A model generated the notes under the pieces. That model was not told the origin of the DNA. It ran no database searches and was given only the letters and a program-made list of their open reading frames with translations. Both the position numbers and the translations under genes were made by a program. 64,000 bases of DNA from Octopus sinensis (Eukaryota). This document shows positions 55,533-64,000 of this stretch, piece by piece; within the stretch, counting starts at the first letter, position 1; each line of letters begins with the position of its first letter. The stretch spans positions 58,652,001-58,716,000 of the forward strand of contig NC_043002.1 of the NCBI RefSeq assembly GCF_006345805.1, in the 5' to 3' direction.

Positions 55533-55712
55533 TTGAAAAATACCTTAGGAATAAGAACCCAGGTTCGAAATTTCCCCAAGACACCTGATGAAGGCTGGAG
55601 GGTATATCAGCCGAAACGTTGTGTTAACAACAAACAAGATGAGGACAAATATCCGTCAAATGTAAATAATGTAAATAATGTTCATAATTCCTCATCTCTT
55701 AAATATAGAACT
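55405..55712 (+). mobile_element. tRNA-headed SINE-like element with hammerhead-ribozyme-like body (most intact copy)
   Basis: A box TGGCGTAGTGG (55413-55423), B box AGTTCGATTCC (55457-55467), (AAC/AAT)n linker, hammerhead motif 55580-55625 and a conserved tail. Homologous copies at 5405-5571 (-), 5579-5870 (+), 8272-8356 and 54315-54380. Confidence 0.85.
55580..55625 (+). ncRNA. minimal type I hammerhead ribozyme motif
   Basis: GACAC-CTGATGA-A-GGCTG(loop 10)CAGCC-GAAAC-GTT-GTGTT. Stem I GACAC/GUGUU, stem II GGCUG/CAGCC, palindromic helix III AACGUU, predicted cut after GUU (55620). Confidence 0.7.
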
Positions 55713-56258
55713 AAATATTTTCCTCTATTGTTAGGATAAATGATATCACACTGTTCAGCAAGATGAGTTAGTTAAGATACAGGTTTTGTGATTTTGGTTG
55801 GTGAAAGTATCTTTTCAGAAAAAAAAAAGCCATTAATACACTAAGTCAAAATAACTGGGGGATGATGGCATATTTTAATTAAATGCACACATTCCTAGAA
55901 ACATTCGTTCATACCATGATGATTACAGGTGGGGGATTTTGTCATCTTTTATTCAATGTAATTTGGGGGTTGACTGTAGCTGTCATCATCATCATCATTT
56001 AACATCTGTTTTCCATGCTGGCGATGGTTGGATAGAAGCTGGCAAGGCCAGGAGCCACAACAGGTTCCATTGCCTGTTTCGGAATGGTTTCTACAACTGG
56101 ATGCCCATCTTAATGCCAACCACTTTACGGAGTTTACTGGATGTTTTTTTTTTGTGCCCCCCCCCCCAGCAGTGTTTCTTACATGGAACCATTAACTCCA
56201 ACTGCCGTTTGGTAATTATGGTACATCACTTGAGGCAGAAATAATTTTAATTGTACAC

Positions 56259-56505
56259 CAGGCATGTCAAACATACAGCCCTTTTTCAAGCACAAGTGTG
56301 GCCTGTGAGTGACATAGCTGGAGGTTTAAAAATAAGGAACCCAAAAAATTTTCAATAAAATTAATAATTAATAAAAATAAAGGTTTTAAAAAATATTTAT
56401 TTAATAACAAAGAACTGATATTATAAAATTTAAAATATACAGCCTTCATGGCAACTTGTATATGAGCCATGCAGCCCATAGAGACTCTGCAGTTTGACAT
56501 GCCTG
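56259..56505. mobile_element. hAT-like MITE
   Basis: Perfect 14-bp TIRs CAGGCATGTCAAAC / GTTTGACATGCCTG. The 8-bp TSD is not preserved. Confidence 0.7.
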
Positions 56506-57989
56506 TCGTATGGTATTTGACATACCTGTATTTGTCCATTGCTGTATTTTTTCCAATGCCAATGGCCATTTTGGGTTATTTCTCTTAGCTCATTTTTGCT
56601 TAAACACTGTTTTTTTTTTATATGCCTGTTGTCATTCTTCCTGTGGAGAGTGAGGCATTTAGAAGGAATCAATGATGACGATGACTGTATCGTGACTAAT
56701 TCCTGATTGTCACCATTTTAGGAATCAGCTTAGTGTTGTAAAGTAGTAGTACTGCAGCCGGGTCAATTAATGCTACAGCTGGGTTTATTGAAATTGAGAT
56801 GATGATGATGATGATGCATTAATAAACTACGTTAACTTTGCCACAGTTATATTTGCTGCACATTTTTGCTGTATTATTTGTCACCATCACTGTTCATCAT
56901 CATCATTATCATCACCATCATTTAACATCTGTCTTCCATGCTGGCATGAGGTTATATGGTTTGACAGGATCTAATAAGCCAAAGGACTGTGTCAAGCTCC
57001 AATTGCCTATTCTGGCATTGGTTTTCTACAGTTGGAAGCCCTTTCTATCACCATCCGCTTTCCAGGATGAACTGGGGGTGCTGTTTTTCATGACCCCCGA
57101 CACTACACTACAAGTGAGGTCACCATGCACCATGCAAAACAAAGTAAAGAAAGGAAAAAGAAAAAGCCTTCATAGCTGAGTGGTGGGGTGTATTCGAGAG
57201 AGGGAGAGGGAGCAGTGGTTTTATGCCAGGGATTGAAGGCCAAAGTATGACAGAGGGACAAGCCCAAGTGTCTTGCCATAGAGGAGATATATGGCTATTC
57301 TCTGCATTATGCGAGGGTGGGTGAGAGTAGCCGAAAGGGATACGAAAACAACTTTGATGATAAGATACCAGAGCATACTCACAAGGTGCAAGAAGGTGAG
57401 TATGAAGAAGGATATAGACTGTGGATTAGGAGGGATTAAGCAAGTATTGGTTATTTCATAAGCGTGTGGGAGGAGGGTGACACATAGATATAAATTCGGT
57501 GAGAGGTGGATGTAGTGAGTGGAAAAAGAGGATGACAGTGTTGTTGATAATAAATATCAGTATGGAGAGAGAGAGAGAAGTGGATTGAGAAGGTGGAGGC
57601 AACAAGCATCAGTACAGTTGGTGTGAGGAACAGCAGTATCATATGTTTGTGGATAAATCAGAGACAGTGGAGGGGTGGGCAGACAATGAATGGTGGTAGA
57701 GATAGGTGTCAGAGGTACATGTGGGTGGCTACAGTGAGTGTGGGGGTCACGAATGAAGAAGGGGTGTTGATAGTAGATAAGAGAGGAGGTTGAGAATGAT
57801 AGCAGAGAGGAGAGCCTTGTCAGTTTCAGTGAAGCTGTCTAACCCATGCCAGCATGGAAAACGGATGCTAAATGATGATGATGATGATGATGATGATGGT
57901 GATATATCATCATCACTGGAACTGTTATTGTGCTGAGTTACAATGTCCAAACTAGTTTGAATTTTACGATTCTGGAGGTGTCGATATTG

Positions 57990-60090
57990 CACTTCAGAAC
58001 ATCCTCAGTTCAATCTGGGCCATGTGCAAAGCATCAGTACCACACAAATGCTTAAAAAATCCCCAAAGTGCAATTTGGGAGACTGCAGCAGTTTAACTTG
58101 CCAGGAAAGAGTGTTATGATGCTGAACAGAAATACAGACTACACTGAACAGAGGAGAATAGAAGAAGGCACAATAGATCATCCAACCATCTCAAGCAAGT
58201 GACAAAAGAGGCAATGCTTGAATTTGAACAACGTATAGCAACCAGCCCTGATATCAAAGTGTTCTGGAAATATGTACATTCAAAACAGAGACCTCACTCT
58301 CCAGTTGGCCTTCTTTTCAGTCCCCACACTGATGATCCCAAAGAATGTGCAGAACTTATTGCTGAATGCTATGCTGGCATTTTTACTGTTGAAAATCCAA
58401 ATGTACCATCTTCGCTACTTCTGACATCAAATTCTATAACATCTGTGAAATTTACACCTGCAATGCTGCGACACCACCTCGAGAATAAGCACAACTATGC
58501 CTCCCTTGCTCTTGATCATGTTACTTATCTGTTTCTCAAATATGGTGGGTTCTTTCTTTTGCACCAGCTTTCATTCTTGTTCCAATTCTGCCTTGATAAC
58601 TGCATCACTCCAGAGCAGTGGAAAATTTCTAGTGTCATTCCCCTGTTCAAAAAGGGTCATCGCACATCACTTGTCAACTACCATCCAGTCAGTCTTACTA
58701 GCTGTGTCACCAAACTGATGTCCCTTGTCAGAAAAACACTCTGGAACTTCTGAGGCTTTTACAGCCTTATTCGACCCTCACAGTTTGGGTTTATCCCTAA
58801 CTGCAGGGAACTTATTGAGTTTCTTGAGGACATCACCTGAATCACTCATGGTGGCACATGAGTGGATGTTATCTATCTTGACTTTGCTAAAGCCTTTAGT
58901 ACTGTGCCACACAAATAACGCATGGCAAAACTTTCTGCAACGGGTGTGAAAGATGACCTCTACAACTGGTTGAAGTCCTTCACTCTTGGTCGAAAAGAGG
59001 TAGTCATGGTTCTAGGACATTATTCTTCACCCTATGCAATGACATCTGGTGTACCACAGGGATACATTCTTGGACTCCTGTTGTTTTTTGCATATATAAA
59101 TAACATAGGTGTCAACTTGAAGAATGTTACAGTGTTGAAACATGCAGATGCCATCAAGTTGTACCTTGAGATAAAGAGAACGGATCCTATATGCTATAGA
59201 GCTTTCCTGCAATCAGACCTGGATACAATGCAGCAATGGATTACCGACTGGCACCTCAAGCTGGCTATGGTCAAATGTATCACCATGCATTTTGGGAGGA
59301 AAAACCCAGTTTTCACACTCCTCCCTCAACAGTATCAATCTTACAAAGTCTGTTAGTGAGTGTGACCTGACTGTTGTTGTTAACAGCGATCTGTGTTGGA
59401 CAAACTACATCTTTAAGATTGTCAAGAAAGTTGAGGGTGAGCATTACTCAGTGTGACCTTTATCAGCCACTCTCCTGCTATCTATTTAAAGCTGTATATG
59501 ACTATGGTACATCCTCACTTAGAGTTTGCATCACCAGTAAGGGACTCCTATCTTGTTCAGCATATCAGTCTCCTGGAAACTCTTCAACCAGACGAATACC
59601 TGCTGTCAAACATCTACCATACCCTGAATGTCTTGCTTCCCTGGGTATGGACACATTAAAACTCTGATGTCTGGTAACTGACTTGGTAGACACCCTCAAG
59701 ATTATCGACCATCTTTCCAACAATAACCTTGGGCACCTTTTTGAATTCCATATGACAGACACCCTTAGACATGCTTACAAAATCAAAAAACAACACAGCA
59801 CCCATGACTTTTGGAAACTTTTTTTCATGTTCGGAATTGCTGAAGCATGGAATAAATTACCTGCAACACTTGTTAGCTGTTGAGACACTGCCTCCTTCAA
59901 AACTTCCATGCTTCCTGAAATTCACCAACAATACACCTGATGACCACTATCCCCTACTTCTTCTTTTGTTTTGTTTTGAAGACTTTTTCACTGTTCACTT
60001 CCTGTGCACATCCTATGTACAGTTCATGCAGTTTTGTTTGCTTTTTTCCTGATGAGCAGCACTGTATACAGTAGGCTCGTTATTGTATAT
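57990..60090 (+). mobile_element. degenerate CR1/L2-group LINE, reverse transcriptase region and 3' UTR
   Basis: Frameshifted fragments FWKYVHSK, KKGHRTSLVNYHPVSLTSCVTKLM, GVPQGYILGLLLFFAYINN, HADAIKLY (YADD position), AWNKLP. Multiple stops and frameshifts. Confidence 0.92.
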
Positions 60091-60289
60091 ATATATATGT
60101 GTGTGTATGTATATATATTCACATATATATATATTTATTTATATATATTCACATATATATTTATTTATATATGTATGTAAATACACACACACAGGCACGC
60201 ACACATCTTCTCACCTCTGTCTCTTTGTCCTCCTCCATTGATATTCTATTTCCTCACATTGACTTTCCTCTTTCACTGCTTTTTGTCAC

Positions 60290-60506
60290 TTGTCCACACA
60301 CACAAACACACACACACACATACATGCATACACACAAATACACACATGCACATACACTTGCACGCATGCACACACACATATGCACACATACACACACATG
60401 TATGCACACACACACATGCAAATACATACACACACATGCATGCATGCACACACGTGCATATGCACACATACACACACACAAATACACACACACACGCATA
60501 CACACA

Positions 60507-60565
<59 letters not shown>

Positions 60566-60580
60566 GCGCACACACAAACA
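60290..60580. repeat. degenerate (CA)n array
   Basis: Directly visible; the source of spurious H/T and C/V ORFs. Confidence 0.95.
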
Positions 60581-63500
60581 TTCAAAACATTTCTCCTGAC
60601 AATTTCCCATAGATTGCCTGTACGTATGGCAATTTGCTTCAGCCATTCACACAACTACACTGAGTGTTCCTCGAATATTATTGATTCTCTCTGCTGCCTC
60701 AGCCTTTCTCCCTCAAATTTGCATTTGCTGAAACCATTCTTCACACATTGATAATAGATTCTTACTGCTGCTGCTGCTGCTGCTGCTTCAGGCTGCAATC
60801 AGATACATACCAGTGCATCTTCAATGTTGACCTGGCTTCTGCAAATGTTTATGGTTCACTTTGATGAACTCGGATGTTTATATCAATTATTATTTTTAAG
60901 ATGGGAAACATGGATATAGAGTATGTAACCAATGGCAACGTAACCTGATACGATCTGTGGAGACTGATTCTGACACAGTTATGGAGGTGAATGTGGGGGT
61001 GGGGGTGCTTGCATGATTAGAGAGGGGGGAGGGGGATTTTAATTTATTTAAACTGGTAAAAATACTAATTAATCAAAATAGACTAAGTCAATTTTATATG
61101 TTCACTTTAATGATTGGAAAATAGTATGACATCATCAAGGGAGGAATTCATTGCAGTCTAATAATAGGCAATATGTTGTTTGGTTGGTTGGTTGGTTGGT
61201 TAATCGGTTAGTTGTTTGGTTGTTCAGCTGGCTGGTTGGTTGCATGCTTGCTTACTTGGTTGGTTGGTTGGTTGGTTGGTTTCTCTGGTCATCCTTTACA
61301 TCATAGAGAGAGGGAAAGAGAGAGAATAAATGAGAGACATAGAGAGTTAATGTAAGAGATGCAGCATGAATGCACATACTAGCCTTGGTGACAGGCAATG
61401 AGTAAATGAATACACCAGACAAATACACAGTAAGAGAGAAAAAATCATATAGACAGGAATAGAAGGAGGTGGAGGAAGAAGAAGAGAAGTGGGGGTAACT
61501 GATAGAATAGTTAGAGGGAGATATACAAACTAGAAATTCATTTTATTTAATTTTATTTAAAGGTAATAAATATATTTTCCCTTTGAACATTAGAATACAT
61601 TTAATCATTTTGCATAAGCACCAAGAAATTTGATAAAAGACAAATTCTAATTATTGTATGTATGACATCTTGTGATTAGCTATCGGATGTTCTTATACAT
61701 CACTAGTCACATTGCACTTTGCATTGTTTAAGCTTTCCCAATGATGCCCCCACTGGCTGGGCGAGCAGGCCAACATTTCCACTGATGGAAGGCTAGTCTG
61801 TCGCATGGTTACTCATTTACAGCCGAGGGACTTATTTTCTGATATTACACATGATGTCTAAAGTCTACTTCCGATTTCCAGATTATTTTATATCGATTTC
61901 TTGCCTAGATGTGATGCCTCTGAGATAGGGACAAACAGAAAATGGGAATGTGTAGGATTATATATTTCACAAGATCATTTTACAGATTGCCACAAATGGG
62001 AATGTGTATTCAACTATTTTCTTTTACTCTTTACTTGCGTCTGCCATTTGACTGTGGCCATGTTGGGGCACCATCTTGAAGGGTTTTTAGTTCAATGACT
62101 CAACTCCAGTACTTTTTTTTTAAAACTTGATACTTATTCTATCAGTCTCTTTTGTCAAACTGCTAAGTTACAGAGGCATAAACCAACCAACACCAGTTGT
62201 CAAGTGGTCTAATGACAGGCTTTTTTCGGTCTTCTACCAAAGCCTGAGGTTATAGTAGAAGACACTTGCCCAAAGTGCCATACTGTGGGACTGAACCCAG
62301 AACCATGTGGTTTGGAAGCAAACTTCTTACCGCACAGCCACACCGGCACCTCATAGTAATAATGGTAAATTAAATTTAAATTTTTCATTATTTTGAAAAA
62401 TTAATCAAAACAAGAACAGTGTATTTTGACAGGAATGTTGTAATATAAGAATTGAGAATAAACTAGATTTGTCTAAATTAAATTCTGATCTCTAATAACT
62501 GTTCCACACTGACAGATTTTGCTACTGGTATTTTATTGTAGGTGGAGTAAAATTTGGTAACAATAATTCTTCTAAGAAGTAACTCTATAGCTTCAAATAT
62601 CACTCTCCTCATTGTTTTAACTATGTAAGCCAGAATATTGAAATTTTCAGCTCGTATATATTATCCAGCCAGAAAGATGATCCTTGGAAACACATCTATT
62701 TTAGAATAGCACTAACAGACGAAAATGTAATGAAATTCCTGCCGACAGAACAAAAGTCAAAGAAGACGATTGATAGAACAAACTTTTGTTATAAGTGTTT
62801 GTTTGTTTTTCAGACAACATATTTATACAACCATCAAGGGCTTTTGTAACATTAAGAATGAGAAAAAATAATGCAACTTATCTTGGTTGGTCAGACATTA
62901 GATAAATGGGTTTAGAAGAGGTCTCACATTACACAATCAAACAAACAAAAAACAATGTGTGTGTGTGTGTGTGTGTGTGCAGGAGAGAGAGAAGAGGAAA
63001 TTCAACTTGTGAATAGGTTGGGTTTTCAATAGAGTTTCCTCTCAAAAAAATCGTTAGTTTGTGGCATCTACCCAAAGATTTTCATATTAGCATTTATTTA
63101 CCTTTCCCTATTGTTAGATGCGTATATTCTTTTATTCTTTTACTTGTTTCAGGCATTTGACTGTGGTCATGCTGGAGCACTGCCTTTAGTCGAACAAATC
63201 AACCCCAGGACTTATTCTATGTAAACCTAGTTCTTATTCTCCCACTCACTTTTGTCGAACCACTAAGATACGGGGATGTAACCACACCAACATTGGTTGT
63301 CAAGTGATGGAGGGGAGACAAACATATATATATATATATATACTAGCTGGTGTGCCCAGTAATTCCCAGGTGTAAAGATGTTCTATTGAAACGCTTTATT
63401 ACTCTGATATAAGAAACCAATTTCATTATAAAGTATAAAAGTGATATTGTCTGCAAAAATTAGAAATAGGACACACAAAAAAATCAACATTCAAAGTAAT

Positions 63501-63604
63501 CGAACATAAATAATGAAATGGGTTATTTGCCTTGAGTGTTTAAAAAGATATTGTACAGGTGCTATGGGTTATTTTCCTTGGGTGTTTAAAAAACATTAAC
63601 CCAT

Positions 63605-63990
63605 TTATCATCATGAGCTTCTCAGTGGATTTGCTTTGCCTGGCCTTCATGAGTTTACAAGAGCCAGGATGCTTTCATTGGGCACTCTGTCTCTTCGTAT
63701 CTGTACCATAACAGTAGATCCAGCTTTTGTTACAGGTCCTATTGGACTGCAGGTAATAAACTCAACTATCTCCCTGCTGTCACCAGCAAGTCTTTCCTTC
63801 TAATCATTACTGAGCACCTTGGGAAGAAACTTTGCACACATTTTGGCCATGCTCAGATTTTCATGATTAATTCTGTGTACAGTTGTCACACCAACTCCAA
63901 ACTACTGTAAGCTTATTGTCTTTGTAGACACAAGACAGCCTTCATCTAAAAAATTGCAAATTTTCTCAACTATCTCTGATGTTCGGATCT
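63605..63990 (-). mobile_element. mariner transposase fragment
   Basis: KMCAKFLPKVLS...SWIYCYGTDTKRQSAQ*KHPGS...KARQSKSTEKLMM; multiple stops. Confidence 0.8.
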
Positions 63991-64000
63991 CTCTCTCTCT

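Noticed and set aside
60099-60751. Many long ORFs rich in H/T, C/V, I/Y or S/L (also at 8766-9146, 25212-25523, 38425-38853, 45222-45809)
   Set aside because: Translations of (CA)n, (TA)n, (CT)n and (CAT)n microsatellites.
60765-60790. (CAG)n polyglutamine exon on minus
   Set aside because: Immediately followed by a stop codon; no splice context.
61738-61790. C/D snoRNA-like ATGATG...CTGA
   Set aside because: C box imperfect, no terminal stem, and it lies in a SINE tail.
63341-63380. Helitron-like TACTAG terminus
   Set aside because: Only a short motif; no paired end or subterminal hairpin identified.

Overview
AT-rich, microsatellite- and SINE-dense animal genomic DNA. The repeat families resemble those I recall from octopus/coleoid genomes; this is an inference and was not database-checked. 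The only supportable protein-coding genes are two tandem, same-orientation (minus strand) alpha-tubulin paralogs with the same three-exon layout (ATG-only exon 1, 223-nt exon 2, one long exon 3). TUBA-B (37720-31891) encodes a conventional 451-aa protein. TUBA-A (probable ATG at 25556, exons 10908-10686 and 7169-6043) encodes a 450-aa protein with clustered substitutions in surface loops. The rest is tRNA-derived SINEs, LINE remnants (CR1/L2-type, RTE, R4-like), mariner and maT (DD37D) transposase fragments, MITEs, a 5S rRNA pseudogene and microsatellites. Best leads: (1) three unrelated repeat families carry Penelope-type minimal hammerhead ribozyme folds. One is fused downstream of a tRNA-derived Pol III head (a candidate hammerhead SINE); two have variant catalytic cores, one of these with compensatory stem changes between copies. 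(2) An exact 261-bp identity tract (codons 90-176) lies between otherwise diverged tubulin paralogs, pointing to gene conversion that spares the divergent loops. (3) Long fold-back hairpins sit inside the putative 14.6-kb first intron of TUBA-A. All structure calls were made by eye and need computational or experimental confirmation.
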